Counted from the first letter of the stretch, positions 1-10,396 are shown. The stretch: DNA of 64,000 nucleotides from an uncultured Spirochaetota bacterium (GCA_963783575.1 CAWAOD010000014.1:224001-288000), one strand, 5' to 3'. The notes: generated by a model from the letters alone, not told the origin. A program made the numbers and translations.

Positions 1-603
1 GATTGCCTTATCGTACTGTTTCCATGTCCTGTAGATATTGCCGACCATAGTTAGTATATTAATAAACTTAGGATTAATTTCCAGAAGATGTTTCCAGTAT
101 TCCAATGCCCTGTTGAATTTTTTGTTTTTGTAGTAAAGGTCTCCCAAACCCATAAGTGCAAATTTATTCTTAGGATTCAATTCAAGGGATATCAGGTAAT
201 ACTTCTCGGAATTGGTAAAATCCGATTTTTTTCTATAGGCATCCGCTATTCTAGTAGTTACAAGATAATCATTAGAATCAAGTTTTAAAAGCATAAACCA
301 GTATTCAAGAGCTTTATCCCAATCTTTTAACCCCCTATAGCTGTCTGCGAGTCCTATCATTGCTTTTTTATTATCTTTGGACAGTTTAACAATATCCTCA
401 TAGTATGGGATGGCTTCTTCAAAATAAAGTTGCTCTCTTAAACAGTCTCCAACCCCTTGAAGTGCTTCAATTTGTATTTCAAAATCAGGATTGGATTGAG
501 ATTTTAATTCCTTTATTATTGAAGAGTAGATTTTTTCAGAGTCTTCATATTCCTGTTGTTTGTATAATTCTTTTGCTTGTTCTAATTGCTCTTTAATATC
601 CAT
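1..603 (-). CDS. Tetratricopeptide repeat protein (3' end runs off the window)
   Basis: Not in the ORF track. ATG at 603 has GGAGG 8 nt upstream and the frame is open to base 1: MDIKEQLEQAKELY...AMIGLADSYRGLKDWDKALEYW...ALMGLGDLYY, i.e. repeated TPR helices. Confidence 0.85.
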   Translation of the reverse strand, partial: MDIKEQLEQAKELYKQQEYEDSEKIYSSIIKELKSQSNPDFEIQIEALQGVGDCLREQLYFEEAIPYYEDIVKLSKDNKKAMIGLADSYRGLKDWDKALEYWFMLLKLDSNDYLVTTRIADAYRKKSDFTNSEKYYLISLELNPKNKFALMGLGDLYYKNKKFNRALEYWKHLLEINPKFINILTMVGNIYRTWKQYDKAI

Positions 604-1168
604 ATTTTCATCCTCCAAAATTAATTAACTCTGCATACCTAAATTTCTAAGAATCAATATGCATTTTCAAAGAATAAACATTTATTTATAAAAACTCTAT
701 ATTTACAATAAGTTTCGACAGAATGCACATTATTCTTAAAGAAAACAAATTTTAACAAAGGATAAATTAATAGACAAATTTTAAAAACGATTCTACTTGA
801 AATATCAGCCTGATATTGAAAATCTGACATTGCCGGAATATATGATAGAGTGAAGTGAATGTTATTAATTTTTAATGAATATTTCATTTTATTCCTTATT
901 TATAAATAATAAATACTTTTATAATTAATATATATTATTTTAAACTTGGATAATTATAAAGCTAATAAATTCAGATAGCAAGTTAAATTTTAATTACTTA
1001 TATAGCAAACAATAATTTGTTTTTTTATTATTGCTAGCTGTTTGATATATTTGCTTCTTTATAATAAAATATAATAGTTTTATTGTTAAAAGCATAATAA
1101 ATATTAAAATAATATTATTTAATTTTCAGACAAGAAATAATTTAATAAAGAATATCCGGAGGGTTATT

Positions 1169-2434
1169 TTGAATATAGACTTAGATAATGATAACGATAA
1201 ATATACACCTATAAATAAAAAATCATCAATAAAATATCCTTCAAAAAAAACTCAAAAACCAAGAGTAAAAGAAAATTCTGCTAATAACGGAAATGCGTTA
1301 AAAATTGCTTTAACTAAATTCAGGGAAAAAGGTTCGATTTTAAAATGTCATGAAATTATCGATTTACTTACTTCATATACTGTAGAGTTTCCGGAAAATA
1401 TACTTGCCTTTAAATTAATGGCGTTTTCACTTATTGAATTGGAAAATTTCAGCGATGCCGCTTATTATTTTCTAAAGATATTGTCGATGAACCGGAATGA
1501 TGTTGAAACATTAAATGCACTTGCTTTTCTAGGTTTGTATGAGAACAAGACCGAACAATCCATTAATTTTCTTCTTGATGCAATCTATATTAATAATAAT
1601 AATGAAAAATTGAAACAAAATCTTGAGAAACTGAGGAATATTAAAGATATTAAAGTTTTTTTAAGCATGAATAAACCTTCAGATTTTTTATTTTTTAATT
1701 ACCCTAAAGAAAGTTTGGTGGAAAAATTAGCCGGAATGACATCATATGTTGTTAAAATACCACAGATGAAATATATAACAATTGTTGTAATAATATTTGT
1801 AATAATATTTCTGATTTATCAGATTTATCCGCTAATTCTAAGCAGGGCTGAAGATTTCCGTTTTCTCAAAAGCCTGGGACATGGCAAAGTCGATCATTAT
1901 AGTATTCAGGATATAAATAAGTTAGTTGAAGAGAGGGCAAAATACAATATTAAATTGTCTGAAGAAGAAATAAAAAGTAAATTTTCCCTGATACAGGGAT
2001 ATCTAGAAGAAAAAAAGCATAATCGAGCGGTCATCCTGATTAATGAACTGTTGAATTCCAATTCAAGCGAATTGATTAAGGAGCGGGTCCGGTTTTTACA
2101 GCGTTTCCTGCCAGAGGTGAGTGTTCAGACAATAGATTTTACGCCACAGGTTCAGGAAGTAATTAAAATACCATTCATTTATCAGGATGTTTATGTGCGC
2201 TGGAGTGGAACTGTAGCAAATCTTGAACATAAAGCTGATAAAGAAACAGTATTCGACTTATTGATTAATTTTGTTGATAACGCTGTTGTTGAAGGTATTG
2301 CAGAAACGCATTTCGAAGGATCGCAGAATGTTTTAAGCGGAGAAAAAGCTGCGGTTTTCGGACAAATAACTGGTATTACCATTGACAATAAAATAATTAT
2401 CAAGGGAATTGAGATTCAGAAAATAGGCAAATAA
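1169..2434 (+). CDS. Membrane-anchored protein: N-terminal TPR-like region, one TM helix, C-terminal OB-fold-like domain
   Basis: 421-aa ORF with TTG start after GGAGGG. TPR-like helices (DAAYYFLKILSMNRNDVETLNALAFL), hydrophobic ITIVVIIFVIIFLIY and a beta-rich C-terminus (YVRWSGTVANL...AVFGQI). Confidence 0.65.
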   Translation: MNIDLDNDNDKYTPINKKSSIKYPSKKTQKPRVKENSANNGNALKIALTKFREKGSILKCHEIIDLLTSYTVEFPENILAFKLMAFSLIELENFSDAAYYFLKILSMNRNDVETLNALAFLGLYENKTEQSINFLLDAIYINNNNEKLKQNLEKLRNIKDIKVFLSMNKPSDFLFFNYPKESLVEKLAGMTSYVVKIPQMKYITIVVIIFVIIFLIYQIYPLILSRAEDFRFLKSLGHGKVDHYSIQDINKLVEERAKYNIKLSEEEIKSKFSLIQGYLEEKKHNRAVILINELLNSNSSELIKERVRFLQRFLPEVSVQTIDFTPQVQEVIKIPFIYQDVYVRWSGTVANLEHKADKETVFDLLINFVDNAVVEGIAETHFEGSQNVLSGEKAAVFGQITGITIDNKIIIKGIEIQKIGK

Positions 2435-2446
2435 AGCGGAGAAATA

Positions 2447-3745
2447 ATGGTAAAATTTTATATAGAGAATTATGGTTGTCAAATGAATGTTTCCGAAAGC
2501 GATTCGTTAAGGAATTTGCTGAGGGAAAACGGACATACTGAAGCTAATAATCCAAGGGAATCGGATGTTGTGATTATTAATACTTGCAATGTAAGAAAGA
2601 CAGCGGAAGAAAGAATTGAAGGAAGGCTTGGGTATTATAGGTCGCTAATTACAAATGAAAAAATCAGATTAAAAGTTATACTTATGGGCTGTATGGCTCA
2701 GAATTCCGGAATTCAAATGAAGAAAAAATTCCCGGATGTGGTGGGATTGTTATGGGGAACATATAATAAAGACGGTATTCTGGAATATATGGATCGGTTA
2801 ACAAAAGCTGAAGATTATCTGAAGCTTTATGATTACCAATTTATGGAAGCTAAGTCCCAGACTAAATATTCATTTAAGAGTTTTGTGCCGATTTCTCATG
2901 GCTGTGATAATTTCTGCAGTTATTGCATCGTTCCGTTTGTCAGGGGTAGAGAGATCCACAGGAATCATCTTGATATAATTAACAATGTTAATAAATTGAT
3001 CAATACTGGAATTCAGGAAATTATCCTTTTAGGTCAGAATGTTAATTCTTATAATGACGGACATATGAATTTTCCTGAATTACTTAATGAAATTGCAGTG
3101 TTAACAGGGATTAATAGACTTGGCTTCATGACTTCCCATCCTAAGGACTTTTCTATTGATCTTGTAGAAGTGATAAAAGCCAATAAAAATATAATGAGAA
3201 ATATTCATCTGCCGCTACAGTCAGGAAATAACAGGATATTGAATCTTATGAATAGAAAATATTCTATAGATGAATACCTTGAGAAAATTAATATAGCAAG
3301 GGAAATTGATGATATTATTTTTACTACAGATATTTTGATAGGTTTTCCGGGAGAGACGGAACAAGAGTTTAATGAGACATTACAAGTGCTTGATAAAGTG
3401 ATGTTTTATGAGGCCTTCACTTATAAATATAACTCACGGCCGGGAACCAAAGCCGAATATATGCAAAATCAAATATCGGAAAATATAAAAAAAGACCGTT
3501 TGAGCCGGATGATAGAAAGACAAAAAATTAATACAGGCAAAGTATTGAGTAGCCGCATTGGGAAAAAACAAATTGCTATGCTGGATTCTGTTAGCAAAAA
3601 GAAAACAAATGAACTTTCAGGAAAAAGCCACAATGGTATTAATGTTTTTATCGAAGGAAGAAAAGAACTGATAGGAAGTATCTTTAAGATAGAATTTATT
3701 TCGATAAGCGGTAATGGATTGACTGCAAAAATTTTAAACAGGTAA
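2447..3745 (+). CDS. miaB: tRNA-2-methylthio-N6-dimethylallyladenosine synthase
   Basis: YGCQMNxxES and NTC motifs, radical SAM CxxxCxxC (GCDNFCSYC), C-terminal TRAM domain. Confidence 0.92.
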   Translation: MVKFYIENYGCQMNVSESDSLRNLLRENGHTEANNPRESDVVIINTCNVRKTAEERIEGRLGYYRSLITNEKIRLKVILMGCMAQNSGIQMKKKFPDVVGLLWGTYNKDGILEYMDRLTKAEDYLKLYDYQFMEAKSQTKYSFKSFVPISHGCDNFCSYCIVPFVRGREIHRNHLDIINNVNKLINTGIQEIILLGQNVNSYNDGHMNFPELLNEIAVLTGINRLGFMTSHPKDFSIDLVEVIKANKNIMRNIHLPLQSGNNRILNLMNRKYSIDEYLEKINIAREIDDIIFTTDILIGFPGETEQEFNETLQVLDKVMFYEAFTYKYNSRPGTKAEYMQNQISENIKKDRLSRMIERQKINTGKVLSSRIGKKQIAMLDSVSKKKTNELSGKSHNGINVFIEGRKELIGSIFKIEFISISGNGLTAKILNR

Positions 3746-3805
3746 ATTTGACAAATTTGTTGTATTATGGGAAAATAAAGTAATATGAATTAATTAGGGG
3801 GACAT

Positions 3806-4219
3806 ATGCCTAAAGATGTTGCACTCCATATTGATGAAAGTATGATCGATACGGTTCTTGCTGAAGATATAAATTTTCAGGGAACTATGAAATTTTCTAA
3901 GTCGTTAATGATTAAAGGCAAATTTGAGGGACAGATTGATGCAACGGGGCATCTTATCATAGGTCCAAACGCAGTTACCAATGCAACTATCAAAGCAGGT
4001 GTTATTACTAATTATGGTCAGATTAATGGTAATGTTGAGGGGACTGAAAGAGTAGAGTTGTATAATAACGCTAAATTAACGGGTGATATTAAAACACCGG
4101 AATTAATCATTGAAAGTGGGTGTACTTTTAATGGAAATTGTGTGATGAGCGATAAGAAGCCGTCTGTTCAATCCCAGCCTGTTCATACACCAACCCCGCA
4201 ACAGAGTCCGAAGAAATAG
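3806..4219 (+). CDS. Bactofilin (polymer-forming cytoskeletal protein)
   Basis: Beta-helix repeats (FQGTMKF..LMIKGKFEGQI; GDIKTPELIIESGCTFNGNC) and a Pro/Gln-rich tail. Confidence 0.9.
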   Translation: MPKDVALHIDESMIDTVLAEDINFQGTMKFSKSLMIKGKFEGQIDATGHLIIGPNAVTNATIKAGVITNYGQINGNVEGTERVELYNNAKLTGDIKTPELIIESGCTFNGNCVMSDKKPSVQSQPVHTPTPQQSPKK

Positions 4220-4224
4220 TTTTA

Positions 4225-5067
4225 TTATTCCGCTTGTTTGGTGTTATATAAATTTAATTCATTTAATACATTTACAAAATCTTTTGGAAGTGGTGCCTTT
4301 ATTACGATAGTATTTTGAGTATACGGGCAAATATACGATATTTTATATGAATGAAGCATTTGTCTTTTGATCTTTTTAAATCTTTCGGATGTAATCGATT
4401 TCATTCCATAAACTTTATCGCCAAGAATTGGATGCCTTATTGAAGCCAGATGTAACCTGATCTGGTGTTTCCTTCCGGTTTCGATTTTTATTTCAAAGTA
4501 TGAACATTCAATGTTTTTGCTTAAAAGTTTAATATGTGATAAAGCTCTTTTGCCATCTAAATAATTATCTATTGTCAAACTTTGAAATTCCGCTTCATTT
4601 AATGATATAGCAAGATATTCCTTTATAACTTTTTTATCCTGCCAGATTTCTTTAAATTTTTCAAACACTTCGTGGCTTTTTGCAAAAATGACCGTTCCTG
4701 TTGTGTCTTTATCAAGCCTGTGAATGGCTTTAATATTATTATCTAATTTTACTTTCAATTGAGTTTCAAGGGAATTATTGCTGCCTGAAGTCAGAATACC
4801 TGACGGTTTATCAATGGCCAGAATATATTGATCTTCATATATTATCTTTAATTGAATATTCTTGCCTTTATCTTTAGGATAGTAATCCGGATGAATTTCA
4901 ACATAGTCATTTTTTTTTAACTTATATGCAGCAATCCATATTCTCCTGTTATTGACAAACACATTCCTAGAATCAATCAATTCTTTTGATTTATTTTTTG
5001 AAAGGTTTAACTTTTCAGATAAGAAATCTCTAAGAATATCTTCTTTTTTAACAATAAGTGTTTTCAT
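4225..5067 (-). CDS. RluA/RluD-family pseudouridine synthase with N-terminal S4 domain
   Basis: IDKPSG, HRLDKDTTG, TGRKHQIRLHL and HPILGD motifs. Confidence 0.92.
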   Translation of the reverse strand: MKTLIVKKEDILRDFLSEKLNLSKNKSKELIDSRNVFVNNRRIWIAAYKLKKNDYVEIHPDYYPKDKGKNIQLKIIYEDQYILAIDKPSGILTSGSNNSLETQLKVKLDNNIKAIHRLDKDTTGTVIFAKSHEVFEKFKEIWQDKKVIKEYLAISLNEAEFQSLTIDNYLDGKRALSHIKLLSKNIECSYFEIKIETGRKHQIRLHLASIRHPILGDKVYGMKSITSERFKKIKRQMLHSYKISYICPYTQNTIVIKAPLPKDFVNVLNELNLYNTKQAE

Positions 5068-5085
5068 GACATTTAAATGATTTTT

Positions 5086-5295
5086 CTATTCAATCTGTTT
5101 TTTCTCTTCAAATCCCATTGAAAGGCCAAGTACAACTGTAATTAAACCGAGTACTGTAATTAAAATTGAAATAAATGCGTACATACCGTCATAATTTAAT
5201 GTTATAAAAGAAATAAGGAAAAAACCAAAATAAGCTACAAGTACCCCTAAAATAACTAGAATCCAATTTTGTTTTTTCATCAGACTTTTTTTCAT
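5086..5295 (-). CDS. Small two-TM membrane protein (DUF3098-like)
   Basis: 69 aa, two hydrophobic helices, GGAGG RBS upstream. Confidence 0.65.
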   Translation of the reverse strand: MKKSLMKKQNWILVILGVLVAYFGFFLISFITLNYDGMYAFISILITVLGLITVVLGLSMGFEEKKQIE

Positions 5296-5579
5296 AAAGG
5301 GATTTCCTCCTAGGTATATATTTTAAATTATTATATCAAAAAAGTAAAATGAGAAGCCGTTCTAACAATCCAATAAAATTTTTTAATATAATCTTGCTGC
5401 TAATTATTCATATTATAACGAATTATTTATAATAGTCTAAAATTCCATAAATAAAAATCAGTTGAAATTTTTCTTTTTCCACGTTAAACTTTCATATGAA
5501 GCCTTTAAGATAATATTTAAATATATTGAATTTTGGCTTTTCTCGTACTGGTAAAAGTGTAATTATTGAGGAGGAATTT

Positions 5580-6212
5580 ATGGTTAAAAAGATATTATTG
5601 ATTTCTGGAATACTACTTATAATGGCAGTGTCCTCGTACAGTGAAAAAAGCAGGACCTTGTCAGGAAAGAATGAATTCAGCGGTGTTACACAGGAAACTA
5701 AATATTCCAAAGGAGATAAATATTATGACGAACTGGGATTGATAAATTCACTGGCTTTCTATGACGAAGCTTCTAAAATCAAGAAAGCAGAGTATAATTA
5801 TGAAGAAGACAAAACAGGGCAGCGTAATTTTGTTAAGAAAATTCAAATCTATGATACAAACCAGAAAGTTGTACAGGTGGAATATTATTTTCCCGACAAT
5901 ATTGCCGAGAAAAAAGGGTATTCAAGATATATAGAAACTTATGATGCTATTAATGGTAATCTGGCCGAAGCTGATTATTTCTATATGGATAAATTCGCTA
6001 AAAAAGAGGGATATAATAAATCCGTTTTTGTATATGTAAAAGGTTTCATAAGGCAGAAAGAGTATTATTTTATTGAAGAATTTGCTAAAAAGATAGGGTA
6101 TTATAAGAGGATTGATTATTTTGTATATGATACTTATGCAAATGAAAAATTGACTGAAAAAGCATATTTCGATAAAGATTATAAGGAAATAAAAAGAGAA
6201 ACTGAGCAATAG
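5580..6212 (+). CDS. Exported protein with ~31-aa Tyr-rich internal repeats
   Basis: ATG 5580 follows GAGGAGG. Signal peptide MVKKILLISGILLIMAVSSYS, then repeated EY(Y/F)F...A(E/K)KxGY units. Confidence 0.7.
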   Translation: MVKKILLISGILLIMAVSSYSEKSRTLSGKNEFSGVTQETKYSKGDKYYDELGLINSLAFYDEASKIKKAEYNYEEDKTGQRNFVKKIQIYDTNQKVVQVEYYFPDNIAEKKGYSRYIETYDAINGNLAEADYFYMDKFAKKEGYNKSVFVYVKGFIRQKEYYFIEEFAKKIGYYKRIDYFVYDTYANEKLTEKAYFDKDYKEIKRETEQ

Positions 6213-6253
6213 TGTCCAAAATAAAAATTGTAAATTATTTAATTTTGTTTTAT

Positions 6254-6285
6254 AGGCGATGTGATTTCACATCGCCTTTATTATT
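6254..6285 (+). terminator. Rho-independent terminator (target site of the group II intron)
   Basis: AGGCGATGTG-attt-CACATCGCCT perfect 10-bp stem followed by TTATTATT. Confidence 0.85.
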
Positions 6286-6916
6286 ATGCCCCGGCAGGGC
6301 GTATGTTCTTGCGGGAGAAAGTTCCGTATACACCCGGTAAGGGGAAGTATTAGCCGGGCGGCAATGGTGTCCTGGGTTTATCACAAATCTAAAGGGAGCC
6401 GCAGGCAAAACGCTGGTCTAACAAACAGTTCAGTGCATAAAGGCGGTCGCACTGGGTGAGGTGGCAAATATCCCTAAAGCTCAGTACTTACACTGAAAAT
6501 GTGAACGTATATGCAACTGGTATAAGCGGGATAGTTCGGCAGGATCACCAACCAGCGAGTGCATTACCCGGGGAGTTCTGTCAGCCTGCTACGTATTAGC
6601 TATGCCGTCGAGAGAGGGGCTGGCAGAACTCAGCAGAGGCCATAGTAGTATAAAGACCATGTATAAAGGGCCAGATGGGTTATACTCGGCAATTGTGGAA
6701 GTTTCGGACGGAATCTGAAAGGTAAACAGTATGGTTGTAAGACACATAGGGATCATATAGTAGATTACCCTTGAAGCTTAAAGATGGGAGGCATGGTCTT
6801 AATAAAGCTGATGGTCAATGAGCGAATAGATAAAATAATATTGGAACCGCCGTATATGGAACCGTATGTATGGTTGTATGAGAGGACGGTGGGTGAAAAC
6901 CCGCCTCCTACTCAAT
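6286..6916 (+). mobile_element. ORF-less, degenerate class C (IIC) group II intron
   Basis: 5' end ATGCCCCGGCAGGGCG resembles GTGCGCCCGGCATGGCG. IIC domain I motifs (GGGGAAGTATTAGCCGGGCGGCAATGGTGTCC, AATCTAAAGGGAGCC) and domain III (TCAGCAGAGGCCATAGTAG...AAGGGCC) are present. Domain V/VI at 6844-6916 reads GAACCGCCGTATATGGAACCGTATGTATGGTTGTATGAGAGGACGG...CCTCCTACTCAAT. No RT ORF. Confidence 0.9.
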
Positions 6917-6957
6917 AAAGTGTGGTTAAATTAGTAATGCTTATATTTATTGATCAT

Positions 6958-6986
6958 TTGACAAAAGTCTATATGATTATTATCAT
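6958..6986 (+). promoter_or_regulatory. Putative sigma70 promoter for queD-folE2
   Basis: TTGACA-17 nt-TATCAT. Confidence 0.55.
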
Positions 6987-7100
6987 ATTTTATTGGATGT
7001 AAAACAAAATTATTAAAAATATTTAATATAAAGAATCATTTAAACGGGATAATTTCCTTTTCTTTTTATTACAATTCTATATCAGATTTCAGGAGATTTC

Positions 7101-7460
7101 ATGTACATTTCCAGAGATTTTAAATTTGACTCCGCACATAATCTAATTTGTTATGAAGGTAAATGTGAAAATCTTCATGGGCATACATATCGCTTAAAAG
7201 TAACTCTATCGGGAAAACAGGATGAAACGACAGGTATGATTATTGATTTTAATCAATTGCAGAAAATTGTCGATGAAAAAGTAATAGAAAGACTTGATCA
7301 TAATTATCTTAATAAAATTATTGAGCAATCTACCGCCGAAAATATCATTCAATGGATCTGGAATGAACTGAAAACCCCATTGGCAGGAAAAAATTACAAA
7401 TTATTTGAATTAATCTTATGGGAAACGGAAAATAGTTCAGTTACAATCAGAAATGAATAA
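7101..7460 (+). CDS. queD: 6-carboxy-5,6,7,8-tetrahydropterin synthase (QueD/PTPS)
   Basis: FDSAH, CENLHGHTY, GMIIDF, LDHNYLN, STAENI and WETE motifs. Confidence 0.92.
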   Translation: MYISRDFKFDSAHNLICYEGKCENLHGHTYRLKVTLSGKQDETTGMIIDFNQLQKIVDEKVIERLDHNYLNKIIEQSTAENIIQWIWNELKTPLAGKNYKLFELILWETENSSVTIRNE

Positions 7461-7474
7461 TAGGGGAGTATTTT

Positions 7475-8245
7475 GTGCACGATGTTCAGAATGAAAAAGA
7501 TAATAGAAATATTCCGATTAATAAAGTCGGAATAAATAATTTAAGTTACCCGATAAGTGTTCTTGATAGAAATAATTACGCTCAGCATACTATCGCAACC
7601 ATCAATATGTATGTCGATCTTCCTCATCATTATAGAGGAACTCATATGAGCAGGTTTCTTGAGGTAGTCAGCCGTCATAATATTAATCTTGAATTGATTA
7701 GCCTTGATAAAATTTTAAAAGATATGAAAGATTCATTTGAAAGTGAAACTTCTCATCTTGAGATTGAGTTTCCTTATTTTATTTACAAAAAAGCCCCGGT
7801 ATCAAAAATTGAAAGCCCAATGGAATATTTCTGCAGGGTTGAAGCGAAAATGAACAATAACAATGTTCTTGAAATATGGATGGAAGTGAGGGTCCCAGTC
7901 CATAATCTCTGCCCATGCTCAAAAGAAATTAGCAGGCATGGCGCACATAATCAAAGGGGATTGGTTACAATTAAGGCCTTGATATCAAAATTAGTCTGGT
8001 TTGAAGAATTAATACAAATTGCTGAAAATTCATCATCCGCTCCTTTATATTCACTGCTTAAACGTGAAGATGAGAAATACATAACAGAACTGGCTTATAA
8101 AAACCCAAGGTTTGTTGAAGATACTGCCAGGGAAATTGCTTTGCAATTAAATGAGGAAGCAAGAATAAAGCTGTATTCAGTTGAAGTAAAGAATTTTGAA
8201 TCGATCCATAACCATAATGCATATGCTTGTATTGAGAAAAATTGA
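7475..8245 (+). CDS. folE2: GTP cyclohydrolase I type 2
   Basis: GTHMSRF, LCPCSKEIS, GAHNQR, FVED and ESIHNHNA motifs. Confidence 0.93.
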   Translation: MHDVQNEKDNRNIPINKVGINNLSYPISVLDRNNYAQHTIATINMYVDLPHHYRGTHMSRFLEVVSRHNINLELISLDKILKDMKDSFESETSHLEIEFPYFIYKKAPVSKIESPMEYFCRVEAKMNNNNVLEIWMEVRVPVHNLCPCSKEISRHGAHNQRGLVTIKALISKLVWFEELIQIAENSSSAPLYSLLKREDEKYITELAYKNPRFVEDTAREIALQLNEEARIKLYSVEVKNFESIHNHNAYACIEKN

Positions 8246-8299
8246 TAATGGACTTTTACAAAATTTTATTTGATATAATTATTTTTAAAGGATCAATAG

Positions 8300-8761
8300 A
8301 TGAGAATTGAAAACAGATCCATTAATTCCAGCAATAAATTTAAAAAAAGTAATTCACCGGAAAAATTAGGAGCAAATTTTTTACAAACACTCCAGGAATA
8401 TGAAAGCATACCTGAAATTGAATGGGATATAGATAACATATCATATGATGATTTAAAAAATCTAGCTGGGCTGATCGAGCAGGGAGGGGAAAGTCTGTCA
8501 AATAATCCCAATCCGGATAACTTTAACTCTTACAAAAAACATATCAAGCTGTTCATTTCAATTCTTAAGGATAATTATGAAGTTAAAGATACAATATCAA
8601 GAATAAGTTTTTCCAAGCAAAAACTATATAAAACTGTTGAAACAATTGATGAAAATCTCTCCAAATTGGCAGGTATGGTACTCTCAAATGAAAAAAACAG
8701 GCTGAACTACTTAAAATTGGTAAATAATATCAAGGGATTGATAATTGATTTGATTTTATAA
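8300..8761 (+). CDS. YaaR/DUF327 family protein
   Basis: GESLSNNP...YKKHIKLF...IKGLIIDL helical pattern typical of DUF327. Confidence 0.75.
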   Translation: MRIENRSINSSNKFKKSNSPEKLGANFLQTLQEYESIPEIEWDIDNISYDDLKNLAGLIEQGGESLSNNPNPDNFNSYKKHIKLFISILKDNYEVKDTISRISFSKQKLYKTVETIDENLSKLAGMVLSNEKNRLNYLKLVNNIKGLIIDLIL

Positions 8762-8899
8762 TTTAGTAAATTTAAAAAGGATATTTAGTTTTAATAATGT
8801 GCTGTTTATTTATTAATGCTCTAATTCAGAAAACCGATAAATCACTGACCAAGTTTTTAGTCTTTTTTTTATGTTGAGTTTGATTTGAGGAAAAAAAGG

Positions 8900-10396
8900 A
8901 TGAAGAAGAAATTGAATATTTTAATGGCAGCGGCAGAATGCATTCCTTTTGCAAAAACCGGCGGATTAGCCGATGTAGTTGGATCATTGCCAATTGCTTT
9001 AAAAAAATTAGGGCATGATGTGAGAATTGTCATGCCTAAATACTCCTTTATTGATTGTGAAAAATTTAATATTCTGCCTTATATAAAGATTATGGGCGTA
9101 TGGATGGGTAATGCATTGGAGTGGTGTATTGTTCACAAGACAATAATAAATGATGACATACCTGTATATTTTATTGAATTCAATCTTTATTTTGAAAGAA
9201 GCGGTATATATCATGATGAGAATTTCAACGATTATCTTGATAATCCAAGGCGTTTCGGTTTTTTATCAAGAGCGGCTTTACAACTATGTCATGAAATAGA
9301 TTTCAAACCAGATATAGTACATTCGAATGATTGGCAAACCGCACTGATTCCTGCGTATTTAAAAATCTGGCATTGGAATGATCCGCTGCTGGGCAGTTCC
9401 GCAAGTGTTCTTACCATTCATAATATAGCCTACCAGGGTATATATCCGAAATCACATTATGAGTATCTTGGCTTGCGAGAAGAAAATTTTACTCAGGAAA
9501 AATTCGAGTGCTTTGGGGCAGTTAATTTTTTGAAAGGTGGAATTTACTATGCAGATGCATTAAATACAGTTAGCCCGACTTACGCAAGAGAGACAAAATC
9601 ACCGGATGGCGGGAATGGGCTTGCTCCCTATCTGAATAATCGCGGCAGTGATTACTGTGGGATACTTAATGGCGTGGATTATCTTAAATGGGATCCGGAA
9701 ATTGACCCATATACCTCAAAAAATTACTCAATAAACGATCTTTCCGGTAAAGCGATTTGTAAAAGAGAATTACAGAATGAAATGAAGCTGGAAGAAAATA
9801 CCGATATTCCAATATTCGGCGTTATCAGCCGTTTTGTTTTACAAAAAGGACTGCATTTGCTTGCTGAAAGTATTGTAAAGATTATTGAAAATATGGTTGT
9901 TCAGTTTGTAATCCTGGGAACCGGTGATAAAAATCTTGAAAAATTTTTCCGGGATATGGCAATAAGATATCCCGGTAATGTGGGTGTTTATATAGGCTAT
10001 AATAATGAATTAGCTCATCTTATCGAAGCTGGAAGCGATTTCTTTCTTATGCCGTCAATTTATGAGCCATGCGGCTTAAATCAGATTTATTCATTAAAGT
10101 ACGGCACTCTTCCGGTTGTCAGGGCGACCGGGGGACTTGAAGATACGGTTGATAATTATAACGAAGAAACAGGAGAGGGAACTGGCTTTAAGTTTTATGA
10201 GGCAAGCTCACATGCCGTTTATTATACTGTCGGATGGGCTGTAAGTACATATTATGACAGGAAAGAACATATGAAAAAAATGATTAAAAGCGCAATGAGC
10301 AGGCATTTTTCATGGAACGACAGCACTGCGGAGTATGTAAAGCTTTATTATAAAGCAATTAAAAACAAAAAAGAATATGATAATAAATTTAAATAA
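8900..10396 (+). CDS. glgA: Glycogen synthase
   Basis: KTGGLADV, HSNDWQT, TIHNIAYQG and EPCGLNQ motifs. Likely start is ATG 8900. Confidence 0.95.
   Translation: MKKKLNILMAAAECIPFAKTGGLADVVGSLPIALKKLGHDVRIVMPKYSFIDCEKFNILPYIKIMGVWMGNALEWCIVHKTIINDDIPVYFIEFNLYFERSGIYHDENFNDYLDNPRRFGFLSRAALQLCHEIDFKPDIVHSNDWQTALIPAYLKIWHWNDPLLGSSASVLTIHNIAYQGIYPKSHYEYLGLREENFTQEKFECFGAVNFLKGGIYYADALNTVSPTYARETKSPDGGNGLAPYLNNRGSDYCGILNGVDYLKWDPEIDPYTSKNYSINDLSGKAICKRELQNEMKLEENTDIPIFGVISRFVLQKGLHLLAESIVKIIENMVVQFVILGTGDKNLEKFFRDMAIRYPGNVGVYIGYNNELAHLIEAGSDFFLMPSIYEPCGLNQIYSLKYGTLPVVRATGGLEDTVDNYNEETGEGTGFKFYEASSHAVYYTVGWAVSTYYDRKEHMKKMIKSAMSRHFSWNDSTAEYVKLYYKAIKNKKEYDNKFK

Noticed and set aside
88..596. Plus-strand ORFs 88..288 and 405..596, and the many other short antisense or overlapping ORFs in the track
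   Set aside because: They are shadows of well-supported genes on the opposite strand or in another frame.
654..887. 77-aa minus-strand ORF in the first intergenic region
   Set aside because: No recognisable motif and low-complexity AT-rich composition. It cannot be supported as a gene.
6917..7100. preQ1 riboswitch upstream of queD-folE2
   Set aside because: No preQ1-I stem with GUUC-type loop and A-rich tail is recognisable. The region is plain AT-rich promoter DNA.
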